From Felis catus (taxonomy: Eukaryota), in the NCBI RefSeq assembly GCF_018350175.1, contig NC_058369.1, positions 7,256,001 to 7,320,000 of the forward strand: a stretch of DNA of 64,000 nt, read 5' to 3'. Shown here piece after piece: positions 1-10,872 of the stretch (the stretch's first letter is position 1; the number at the start of each line of letters is the position of its first letter). The translations under genes were made by a program, and so were the position numbers. A model generated the notes under the pieces. It saw only the letters and a program-made list of their open reading frames with translations, made no database searches and was not told the DNA's origin.

Positions 1-1539
1 GACAATCACCTCAAGGCCAATTCCAGAAACCTAAACTAAACCTAAAATATACTGGGTTGACATGTTTTGTCTATGCTTGTTGTATTTGTTTATTTATGTG
101 CATGTGTTTATTTATATATACTATATACTATATACACACACACACACTAGCCTTTCACTTTCCCTATGTCCTTCCTGTTTTGATTAATATACAAATTATT
201 ACAGGGTAACATTACAATTTAGTCTTTAGGTAGCTGATTTTCGTGGCATGGGCCTTACTGACGTACATTCCTGTGGTGTTTCAACAATACTCCCTTCTCT
301 GATTTTGTAAGCAGCCAGTAACAGAACCCGGTCTGCTTTAGAACCTGGGATTTTAGAACCCCGGAGCCAGCTGCCCTTGCACCCCTGCTATGTACTACCT
401 CTGTCCTTTCAGACAAAAAGTCTACTAACCCTATACTGAACCCAATTACCACTTTCTCAAATTCCAAGAAATAAAGAAAACATTTAAACACACCATGGAA
501 ATAAAATCACAAATAGCATTAAGTACAAGTTTTCAAAGAACATGTGACTCTTCCAAGTCAGTATTATGAAGAAAAAATGGCTCTGATCTAGCTTTATTTT
601 TTTTTTTTAATGTTTATTTATTTATTTCAAGAGAGAACACACGCGCCAGCCGGGGAGGGGCAGACAGACGGGGAGAGAGAATCCCAGCAGGCTCCATGCT
701 GTCAGCCCAACAGAGGGCTGGATCTCATGAGCTGAGTTGAAATCAAGAGTCTGAGGCTTAACCCACTGAACCACCCAGGCACCCCCCTGCTCTAGCTTTA
801 AAGAGACTTAGAGACATAAAAACTTGTCATATAAACCTTGATTGTATCCTAGATCCAGAAACATCCAAAAACGTATTTTGAAACAATGTGAAAAACTTTA
901 GATTTTACAGAGCAGATATTAGATAACATTTTTCATTTTCTTGGGTGAAATCAATGTATTATGGTTTTAGTAGCACAATGTCCTTATATTTAGGAGATGC
1001 GTTACTAAGTATTTGAAGGTCAAGCATCATCTACAATTTATTTCCTATTTACTCTCAAACAGTCCACTGAAAAATACATTTATCTAGAGAGAGCAACCAC
1101 GCAAAATGCAAAAATGGGTGAACCTACCTGAACGCACATTCATAGCAGTAGTTGCTTACATTTCCTTCAGGTTTAAGATTTTATGAAAGAAAAATGTCTT
1201 TCCACTAAATGGAAAACAGTCCAAGTGCCCTGTTAATAGGAAATCCAGTTATTCTGAAAATGGAGTATTCACGCCTCCATTCTTTTCTCCCGGAGTCCCT
1301 GGCTTGCAACTTGGTGGGAATGGACAGGCTCAGGAGGGTCTCAGGAAAAGCGACGTGAAAACGGTTTCTCTTTAGTACAAAGACCAGTGGAGCACGTGTG
1401 TATAACTAGGTACTGAAACATGCACACTACACACATCCGAAAAAGCATATCACCTAAGACAGCGTGTCCCGAAGAAAAGACGAGCGCAGACAAAGCCACA
1501 TTCTCAGATAAAACTGCCTCTTCCCCACCGAAAGGAAAC

Positions 1540-2240
1540 ACAGGCCCCGCTGAACCAACTTTCCAGAACGCTCACCGGCCGGGTCCCTGAGGCTGCGAGT
1601 AACGCGGCGGAGTCTGGGCCACTCCCAGCAGCAGAAACTCTTTTCCTTTGGGACAAAAGTCACAAAGGCCGCTTGCACACTGCAGGACAGGCGAGCACAG
1701 TGGCCACGAACACCCCGCGCACGCGCCCTCCCAGCAGGACCACAGCGGCTCCGCGCCAAAACCGCCGGCCTCAGCGGCCTGTCGGGCGGTCTAGGCGGAT
1801 GCGAGCCGCGCGGCCCACCGCCGACCCCGACTAAAACCGAACTTGGACTCCCACCTCCTGCCTCCCTTCACGCCTTCCCCACCACGGCCGGCCCACGTCC
1901 GACAGCTACCAGCCCAACGGGCTCAACCCTGCGCCAAAAAGCTGCCGGAGACCCCGGCGAGCGCGTGACGCCACTTCCGCTTCCTGCCGGGAATCGAGGG
2001 GCGGGACTTCCACCTCAGACGGCCAAGCTGGGCTTCCCTTGAGCGTGGGCTTCGCGCTGGGCCTGAGGCCTGGATCCCGCCCGAAGGACAAGGCTGGGGC
2101 AGGAACCAGATTTGGGGGCGCGGCTACGGGCGGGGGCGGGGGGCGAGGCCAGTTCCCCGCAGGGCGCCAATGGGTTCACCCCACAGCCTGTGCAGTAAAT
2201 GGTTTCCTGCCGGCCTCCCTGCACGTCCCTTATCGTTAAG
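1540..2240 (-). promoter_or_regulatory. CpG-island promoter / first exon(s) of a leftward-transcribed gene, probably a KRAB-ZNF paralogue
   Basis: CpG- and GC-rich. On the minus strand: GC box (1997-2005), then GGCAGGAAGCGGAAGTGGCGTCAC (1965-1988; tandem ETS plus CRE-like half site), and a candidate donor CCG|GTGAGC at ~1575. Homologous to the island at 28 kb. Gene body lies outside the window. Confidence 0.8.
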
Positions 2241-3996
2241 CCCGAGAGTCCATCACATAGTCTGTCTACCGCATTCAAGTACATCCCCTCTCTAGGCCTT
2301 GATTTCCTCATTGTCATTTACGTTGGACACGACGCTAAACCCTAGTCGTTGATGCCTTGCTTTCATTGTTATGACAGTTCCTGTAAATCTTTCCTTTTTC
2401 TGTGTCAAATATGCATATCTGTTTTTGTGAGATCGCACTGATACCAGGCATTCTTCTCTTCAGGCATGGTTATAAAGTTGCTCCCCTAATCACGTTTGCT
2501 GTGGTTTTCATTGGATGGCCTTTGTGCAGGACTGTCACATCTACTCAAGACTTAGTGGAGGGGAATGGGAGGGAATGGAGGAAATGGGTGAAGGGGATTA
2601 AGAGATACAGTCTGAGTTATAAATAAAATAATGAAGACAAGAGATATAGCGTACCCATATTTGGAATATGGTCAATGTAACACTGTAACACCTTTGTATG
2701 TTGACAGATGCTAACTACACTTACTGTGGTGACCCTTTCATGATGTGTATGTATATCAAAGCGTTATGTGTATGCCTGCAACTAACCCAGTATTGTATGT
2801 CAATTATTCTTCAATAAAAAGAGAAACATCGTTTTCATGTGCATCATCAAATGTGTTTTATGTATCTATAGAACTGGTCATCTCCGTTGCTATGTTAAAG
2901 TTTCATCTTTTATTTGAGAGAGAGAGAGAGCGCGGAGGAGGGTCAGAGGGAGAGAGAGATCATCTTAAGCAGGCTCCATGTCCAGTTTGGAGCCCAAATG
3001 GGGGGCTTGATCTCAGGACGGTGTGATCATGACCTGAGCCAAAATCGAATCAGATGCTTATCCAGCTGAGCCACCCAGGCACCCCTAATGTTTCATCTTT
3101 TACTGTACAAACATTTGTTTTTTTAAACATCCCCATAAAACTCAAATTTATTATTTTACATTAACATTATGGAAGTTAAAGAAAGTAATCAAGTTGTCTC
3201 ATGGACTTGAAGGTGACTTCTGAATTCTCTCTCACTTCCTAAACCCCATGAAGCGGTCACTACATTTATAAGGTAAGTCAGCTTAGTGCTTGAAATCTAG
3301 ATGAATATTAAGTTCTTCAGTTTGTCTTGTCGAATATTCATCATATTGACATAAATTAACCCCTTCAGATAAAGGTGAATTCAACTGTTTGCAATATTCT
3401 AGCATCCTTGAAAAGCCTTTCCCAGTCATCACAAGCATGAGGAGACATTTAAGTATCTCTGTAGCAACACCTGTTAACATTTGCAAGAAGTCTCCTCCGA
3501 AAACCACATACTTGACATACAAAGAAGTTTTTACATTTGTCAGAGGTAATTTTGACGAAGAGGCTGTAGCTGTCCATCTTCTCCGTGGTTATATTTATGA
3601 TTAACTCTTTAGTTATGTCCACTTACCTCATGGGTGTGGAAGTCTTCTGGATCGACTGTTTCATGCTCACGAAACTGACACAAGTACCATTCATCACAGC
3701 TGTGCTCCCGGAAATGTAGGTCGAGGTCACTGCATGAGGAGAACTGTACATTGTGCAGCTCACACCAATAAAGGTGGTCAATAAAATGGGTGTCTGCAGT
3801 GTGCTGGCTGAGGTTCTCAAAAATCACTGTTTTATAGTCACAGTGTCTATAAATGTAGGGCTCGTCTTCACGCAGTTTGCGTGTTCGATCAGAAGCACGT
3901 TGGTAGAGAAACTGTTCTTGCACGCTTGACACACATCTCAATCAGTACGCTTATGCTTCAGGATCATATGCTGATTTAAATCAGAAAAATATTTGC

Positions 3997-5125
3997 TGAA
4001 AGGGTTTTGGGAGTAATGGTGGGGCTCGGAGCCGACAGTCAAGAAAGACTTCTGGAAGATGTCTTTGGTGCAAAACGGTGATTTTATTAATGCACAGGCA
4101 CAAGACCCGTGGGCATGAAGAGCTGTACTGGGGTCGTGATGGGTAACTCATTATATATCCTCAGGTTGGGAGGGGGTCAGGGATAGGGAAAGTCTCTAAG
4201 GTATTTTGGAAGCAAGGTTTCCAGGATCTTGAGGGGCTGGCTGTTGTTAGGAAAACATCATTTATGACTGTTAGTAAAACCTCAGCCATGAGAGCCTTCA
4301 GATGTATATCAGGGGCCATATGCTTGGAGTATAATTGCCAATATTATACTCGGGGGTTAAAGAAAAAGGAGGTTTGCAAAGGAATTTTTATGTGTTTAAA
4401 GAGACTCACAGGATCCAGGTTGGGGCGGGGCAGACAGGATAATGTTAAGCCAAGATACCCTTTTGCCCCTAGCAAAGTGCCATCATCAAGGCAGCTGAGC
4501 TCCTAGAGGGAGGCCACTCTGCCTGTTTCAAGGACTTGTCAGTGGGCTGTTGGCCATAAGGGAATTTAATTTTTTTTTTAATTTTTTTTAACGTTTATTC
4601 ATCTTTGAGAGACAGAGCATGAGTGGGGAAGGGGTAGAGAGAGGGAGACACAGAATCCAAAGCAGGCTCCAGGCTCTGAGCTGTCAGCACAGAGCCTGAC
4701 ACGGGGCTCAAACTCACGAACTGCAAGATCATGACCTGAGCTGAAGTCAGATGCTCAACCGACTGAGCCACCCAGGTGCCCTGGGAATTTGATTTTTCAT
4801 TTGCCTTAGTTTCCCACATCACCATGGCAACCACTTAAACCCCCCTTACATCTTGATGAGGGTGATATTAGGGCTCCAGGAAACAGAGTCTATAGGTTTC
4901 TGGAGATTAGGCTATGGATAAGGTTGCCTTTTTCTTGCAGTTTACTAAGTTATCTGTAAACTGAAGGAGACCCCCATTCAGTTTAACCATTTCTGTCCTT
5001 TTCCTTTGCTCTTAGGCAGCCAGGAGTGTCTGAGGACCATCACACATATCCCACCTGGTGGGGGGGGGGGGGGGGGAGGTGCTGTTAGCCTGTACTTTGC
5101 CCTCAGCTTGCCTTATGGTCCCTCA
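3997..5125 (-). mobile_element. Solo LTR (ERV1-like) inserted in the ZNF639 retrocopy
   Basis: TG...CA termini; 4-bp TSD ttgc (3993-3996) / ttac (5126-5129); minus-strand TATATAA (4157-4151) and AATAAA (4088-4083); contains a SINE at ~4567-4782. Confidence 0.88.
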
Positions 5126-5418
5126 TTACTGTTGAACTCACAAAGTTCAGATTTCTAGATGCCACTGCTATTAGCTCTCAGTAAAGGCTACTTCTACTGG
5201 GCCATCACATTCAAAGCTTGGCTCTTGCCAAGAATTTTGGAAAGCTTAGCTGGAGTCTCCCCTTCAGTTTGGTTGTGGAGACTATCAAGGAATTGTTTTC
5301 TGTCTCTATATCATAATCTTCAGAAATTGCATGCACTTCTGCAGCAATTGGAACATCTTCAGCAGTGTGAATTTCTATAGGACTCTGCTCTTGAGTTTGT
5401 TGGTTGACTGATTCAGGT

Positions 5419-6336
5419 TGTAAAGGGCAAACATAGCTAGCCTCCTGTAGCCCAAGAGTAAACTATGACCTATGTAAGCTTAGAAGGACCACAGAGTGTG
5501 AGATGCTGAACCAGTGTTTGTTTTGGGCTTTCATAGAAGTGTTTCTCCTGTTCCCAAAATATTAGTTCTGCTTAAAACCACATTTGCTGAGTTACTGAGA
5601 GATAAAACTCCCTCTTAACTGCTTGTTTGAGCTTCTGTAAACCTGCTTGGCGTAATCACCCTTCCCCATTCTCAGGCACCGCATTCTGTTCGAACTAGAT
5701 AGAAGACTAATATTGTAAACAACATGATTCAGCATTCAACTAGCTAGAGTCAACAAGTTATATTTTAAAATTCTTCAGGACTGTGTGATTGGTGCCCGCC
5801 TCATATTTTTAAAGACCTACAACACTGTGTGATTGGTGCCCGCCCTTTCAAACTGCCACCCTTTGCAACCCGAGTGGTCGATACAGCCTTTATGAGACAT
5901 TCCCAAAGCTTGTTCGGGGCCAGACTTTCGGGACCTGTTGTATTTCCGTCTGGCCCGGCCGTAATAAACTTGTTTTGATCCTGTTTTTGCTGTCCGAAGT
6001 TCATAAGTGATCACGACCTGTTAGTGTCAGGCATTGGGCGGGGTAAAGATAGGAGTTAGAGTCAAAAAGAATTTTTGCAGTTTAAGGCTTTATTGGGAAC
6101 TAAGGTTCCGGGCGAGGTTCCGTGACTCAAGGAGTGAGAGGAGTCAGGGAAGTCACCCCCCGGGTATGGTGGGGTAAGGTTTTTCAGCTGCAGCAGTTCC
6201 GGGTTTAGGTTCGGGTGGGTCTTTCTTTGGCGCCAGGTTGTGCTGGCGCTCGGTGATTGGTTGCCCTTCAGTTTCTTCCGGTGCGCTGGCGAGAGGGCTG
6301 TCCCCTTCCAGGGACCTCCTAACACGACCTACAACA
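5419..6336 (+). mobile_element. Solo LTR (ERV1-like) inserted in the ZNF639 retrocopy
   Basis: TGTAAA...ACAACA termini; perfect 4-bp TSD AGGT (5415-5418 / 6337-6340); AATAAA ~5963; internal 21-bp direct repeat (5780-5800 / 5824-5844). Confidence 0.88.
6019..6324 (-). mobile_element. Short young solo LTR nested in the 5419-6336 LTR
   Basis: TGTTAG...CTAACA inverted termini; 5-bp TSD CGACC (6014-6018 / 6325-6329); minus-strand CCAAT (6260-6256) and AATAAA (6094-6089); about 13 CpGs retained in 306 bp. Confidence 0.85.
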
Positions 6337-6869
6337 AGGTGAGTCACACACTCTTCACAAATTTCAGTATCAGCAGATTTTTTTGTGTGTGTGGGAAAGG
6401 CAGTGTAGTCTAGAATTCTAAGTAGAGGACTGGGAGCCAGGTAGTAATGGTTTTTCTTTCTGGCCTTGATTCCATCTGTAAATTTTAGGAAGTCATTTGA
6501 TGTCCCTCTATGGGAATCATCATTTTTGGTGTCAAAATAAGTTTGGTTGTCTCAAGGAACAGACACCAGAACGATGGCCAGAAAAAATTCCATTGAATCC
6601 ACCCGCAATTCTGCAGTTTTTATAAGACTATCTGCATTTCCTGCTTGGATTTAAAAAGTCTCTTCAAACGGTAGATTTTATTCAGATTTTATAATTTTCT
6701 TCTTAACCATATTTAACGGCATTTAAATCTCTAATCTGAATGGAATTTATTTTGACATGTAGTGTGTGATAGTGGATCCAGTCACATTTTTTTCCTCCAG
6801 AGAACATGGCTAATTGTTTTAGGACGACTTATCGATAAACCGTTTGGCATACGGAATTGGAATTCCATC

Positions 6870-7100
6870 CTTTTTTTTTTAATTTTTTTTTAATGTTTTT
6901 ATTTATTTTTGAAGGAGAGAGAGAGAGACAGAGCATGAGCGGGAAAGGAGCAGAGAGAGAGGGAGACACAGAATCAGAAGCAGCCTCCAGGCTCTGAGCT
7001 GTCAGCATAGAGCCCGACACGGGGCTCGAACTCACGGACGGTGAGTTCATGACCTGAGCCGAAGTCGGACGCTCAACCGACTGAGCCACCCAGGCGCCCC
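6870..7100 (-). mobile_element. CAN-SINE (SINEC_Fc-type)
   Basis: Reverse complement of GGGGCGCCTGGGTGGCTCAGTCGG..., CT tract and A tail; TSD TGGAATTCCATCCTT on both sides. Confidence 0.92.
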
Positions 7101-7193
7101 TGGAATTCCATCCTTATTTAAAAAACAATTATTATAATTTTTTTAATGTTTATTTATTTTAGAGAGAGAAAGACAGAGCATGAATGGGGGAGG

Positions 7194-7243
<50 letters not shown>

Positions 7244-7620
7244 CTGAAGCAGGCTCCAGGCTCCAGGCTCTAGCTGTCAGCATGGAGTCCAACGCGAGGC
7301 TCGAACTCACAAACTGTGCGATCATGACCTGAGCCAGAAGTCGGACACATTGGTTTCGAGAACTCTTGTGTACTACTAATATATTAATATATTTATGTAT
7401 GTGCGTTACACGCTCTTGATTGTGATAGCTTTATATGTTTTAATATGTCATGGTAAATATATAATGTTAGGTAATATTTGTTGTTATGTTATGCAGTAGG
7501 TGTTCAGCTTGGCCTTCTTCACAGGTCAGCTGGTAGTGTATGCAGACAGGTGGGATTAGTATTAGGGTCTGTGCGTTTGAAGGAGCAAACACTTCTTTCC
7601 ATCTAATTTAGAGGCTTCTT

Positions 7621-7852
7621 GGGGCGCCTGGGTGGCGCAGTCGGTTAAGCGTCCGACTTCAGCCAGGTCACGATCTCGCGGTCCGTGAGTTCGAGCCCCG
7701 CGTCGGGCTCTGGGCTGATGGCTCAGTGCCTGGAGCCTGTTTCCGACTCTGTGTCTCCCTCTCTCTCTGCCCCTCCCCCGTTCATGCTCTGTCTCTCTCT
7801 GTCCCAAAAATAAATAAACGTTGGAAAAAAAAAATGTTTAAAAAAATAATAA
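7621..7852 (+). mobile_element. Young felid CAN-SINE
   Basis: CpG-rich GGGGCGCCTGGGTGGCGCAGTCGG...; perfect 17-bp TSD TAATTTAGAGGCTTCTT (7604-7620 / 7853-7869). Confidence 0.95.
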
Positions 7853-8102
7853 TAATTTAGAGGCTTCTTTCACTAGATAAAGATCTTCTGCTGGGTTTCA
7901 GGGATGGTGGCCTTGCCTCTGGGATCATAGTTGAGTGGGGTTGGAGCCGTGTGATACCACAGCTCCTGCATCTGTAGAGGGGCCTGTGGTTGGAAATCCT
8001 ATTAATAGGGAAAAGGACCTTATCTGGGTCCTGGGAAGACAGGACTGCCTCCAGGACCTTGGTCAGGGCTGGCACAGGGTCTTCAGGGTCCACAGGTGGC
8101 AG

Positions 8103-8843
8103 TGGTGGGGTTTTGGAGTGGTGGGGGGTCCGGAGCCTATTTCCAAGAAAGAATTCTTGAGACATCTTGGTGCAAAAAAAAAGTGGTTTTCTTAAAGCAC
8201 AGGGACAGGATCCATAGGCAGAAAGAGCTGCACTGGGGTTGTGAAGAGTGGCAGGTTATATACTGTGGAGTTGGGGGAGGTAAAGGCAAAAGGAGGGCCT
8301 CCTGAAGGACTTTTGCGTGTTAAAGAGGACTCACAAGATGCCAGGGGTCTTGCTATTGTCAAGCTAAGGTTGTTTTCCCTCTAGTAATGCGTTAACATTA
8401 AGACAGTAGGAAGTTGCTGGAGAACTGTTATACTCTGTATTTGCCTCAAGCATTTGTTACCTGGCTGCTGGTTAGAAAGAAATTTAATTTTACCTGTCAT
8501 CTCCTTCTTGCCTTTGTTCCCCCTATCACTTTGGAGGGGAGGGTGATATCAGGGCTCTAGGAAACTGAGTACACAGGTTTCTGGAGATTAGGCTATTGAT
8601 AAGATTGCCTTTTTCTTGTAACTTACTAAGACATTTGTAAACTAATGGAGATTCCTGTCCTGTTTGACTGTGATCTGTATCAGTTAACCATTCGTCTTCT
8701 TTCCTTTCCTTTGTTCTTGGGCAGCCAGGAGCGCCTGTGGAATATCACACACATCCCACCTCGGGATGGGGGGAGGGCAGGGTTGGGGGGGGGGGTGTTG
8801 TGCTAGCTTGTGCTTGACCCTCAGCTTGCCTTATGGTCCCTCA
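8103..8843 (-). mobile_element. Solo LTR of the same family as 3997-5125
   Basis: Shares the left end (GGGTTTTGG...GGAGCC...CAAGAAAGA...GGTGCAAAA) and the right end (CCCTCAGCTTGCCTTATGGTCCCTCA) with the 3997-5125 element; internally shorter. Confidence 0.85.
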
Positions 8844-9464
8844 TTAGCTCGGCTGTTTTCCCAGTTGTGTGGAAAGGTACGGCTCTCTCACTAGCCATGT
8901 GTGAATAGCTCCACAACGCAGCTCAGAGGAGCTGCAGCCATGTCATAGAGCTGCCTTAGGTTCCACATCCATGACCGAGTCCTGTAGGCCTGCTTCAGTG
9001 GGCACTGATGGATGGGGCTCCCCCTCGGTCCCTCTGTGGGCATGATTCTTCCCACATCATGTCTCAGAGTCTGGACCTGGGTTGTGGGCTGCTTCAAAAT
9101 CTACAGGGACACAGATGGACACCAATCCTTCTGGATTCCTCTGTGGGAAGACCACAGCTGAGAGAGACTAGAGCTGGGTCATAGGCTGGCTGTTCAAGGT
9201 CTGCCTCTCAGCGAGGTCAGCAGGCCTGTTACCTGAGGCATGGGTGGATGTGTCTCCTTCCAGGGCCTGAGGGATTTTGCCGGTGCCATGGCCAAATGGG
9301 GCTGTAGCCAAGTCCACATGGGGTTATGGCTGTTTCCAGGTGTGTACCTGGGACCACGGTCAGTGAGCTAACCACCCGGGCACAGGTCTACTTTTTCAAA
9401 ATGCCCCTTTGCATTCTCAGGCTCTTCTGGGATTTTGCTGAAACTCCCACAAATGGGGGGGGGG

Positions 9465-9645
9465 GTCTCTAAAATTTGGAAAAGGCAAGGGAACAAACTT
9501 TCTCAAGCACCTCCAGAGAGAAAGCAGCCCTGCTGATGCATTTTAGACTTCTGACCTCCAGAAACATAAAATAATAAATGTGTGTCATTTTAAGCCACTC
9601 AGCTTAATGGCAACATGTTACAGCTTCAAAAGGAAATTAATACAC
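9465..9645 (+). mobile_element. MLT1 (MaLR) LTR 3' part
   Basis: GCAGCCCTGCTGA...TTTAGACTTCTGACCTCCAGAA...AATAAATGTGTGTCATTTTAAGCCA...AATTAATACA, typical of an MLT1 3' end. Confidence 0.75.
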
Positions 9646-10109
9646 CTCTCTTCCAAAATCTGCCCACTTTATTGCCACTGGCTAGGTCACAGCCTCATCA
9701 TTCATCATCTCTCCCTTCGACCACTTCAACCATCTCCTAACTGTCCCCTCTGCCTCCACTTTCTCCCCCTCAGAGTAATCCTAAGATCCTCATGCTACAC
9801 CTGTGTTTACGCATGGCGCCAGTGCTCCATTGCTTTCAAATCCTTAATATATCAAAGTAGACTCTCAATAGTCTGTCCTCCGTCTACATATCTAGACTTA
9901 TTTCCAGTAACTCAGTCATCAGTTCCGTATACCCTCCTGAAACACCTCGGTCTTGAATTTCTCCACGTTAATGTGTATGTGGTTCCTTTCTCCTCTAGTT
10001 CCCACTCTCCTCTCTACTTCCTACCCAACCCATTCTCCAGTTAAGCTTCTAGTGATCATTTGGTGCTCAGTGCTCAGTGTATTCTCCCACAAGAAGTTTT
10101 TGGTGAATC

Positions 10110-10760
10110 CCAAGTGTTGGTGATGATGCGGAAAATGTGGATCATCACTCATTTCTTGGGGGAATGCAAAGTAGCGAAGCCACTTTGAAAAAGCAGTTTA
10201 GCAGATTCTTACAAATGAAATGCAAATTTACCGTGTGACTCAGTAATTACACCATGAGTTGTCTACCCCAAAGAAATGAAAACACATGTCAACACAGAGA
10301 CACACATGCAAAAGTTCACCCATCATAACCCCAAACTGGAATATCCAAGTGTCTACCAACTCTGGATAAATAGGGCTACATTTATTTATACATGTGAGTA
10401 TTATTCTGCAAACATAAGAAACAAAATGCTGATGTGTGTTTTCTACATAGATAACCCTCAAAAATCGTTATGCCAAGTGAAAGAAGCCAGAATCAAAAGA
10501 CCACATATTATATGATTCCATTTACATAAAATATCTAGAAAAGGCCAATTTATAGAGACAGGAAGCAGATAAGGCATTGCCTAGGACTAGGTGGGAGTGG
10601 ACATTAACTGCAAATGGAGACAAGGGAACATTTTGGAGTGTTAGAAATGTTCTAAAACTGCATTGTGGTGATGGTTGCATAACTCTGTTTACTAAAATTA
10701 TTGAATTTACATTTTGAATGGGTGAATTTAATGGTATGCAAATTATACCTCAATTTCATT
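10110..10760 (+). mobile_element. Old L1 (L1MB/ME-type) 3' end
   Basis: CCAAGTGTTGG...ATGATTCCATTTACATAAAAT...ATGCAAATTATACCTCAAT, characteristic of L1M 3' ends. Confidence 0.75.
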
Positions 10761-10828
10761 AAATAAATTAAAAAAAATTTTTTAACATTTATTCATTTTT
10801 TGAGAGACAGAGCACAAGGTGGGAGGGG

Positions 10829-10872
<44 letters not shown>

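Larger units (their letters stand above)
3120..6615 (-). pseudogene. ZNF639: ZNF639 (ZASC1) processed pseudogene, 5'-truncated, interrupted by LTRs
   Basis: Three collinear minus-strand segments. ~6615-6337: RIAGGFNGIFS...DGIKAR...PSPLLRILD...CEECDSP. 5418-5126: PESVNQQTQEQSPIEIHTAEDVPIAAEVHAISEDYDIETENN...LRANSSG...ELCEFNS. 3996-3189: KYFSDL...CDYKTVIFENLSQH...GKGFSRMLEYCK...IHLDFKH...VHETT-stop (TGA at 3191-3189). No introns, multiple stops and frameshifts, AATAAA at 3152-3147. Confidence 0.92.

Noticed and set aside
256..410. Possible minus-strand 5'UTR exon of the left gene (…TGAAAG|GACAGAG … CGTCA|GTAAGG)
   Set aside because: Only splice-like motifs with a weak polypyrimidine tract; no independent support.
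3283..3941. C2H2-like ORFs as the zinc-finger exon of a local KRAB-ZNF
   Set aside because: No TGEKPY linkers; the sequence matches ZNF639 and has many lost Cys/His residues, stops and frameshifts.
3997..8843. Two same-family, same-orientation LTRs as the ends of one provirus
   Set aside because: The 3997-5125 copy has its own TSD within ZNF639, and the intervening DNA is ZNF639 and other repeats, not gag/pol/env; they are independent solo LTRs.
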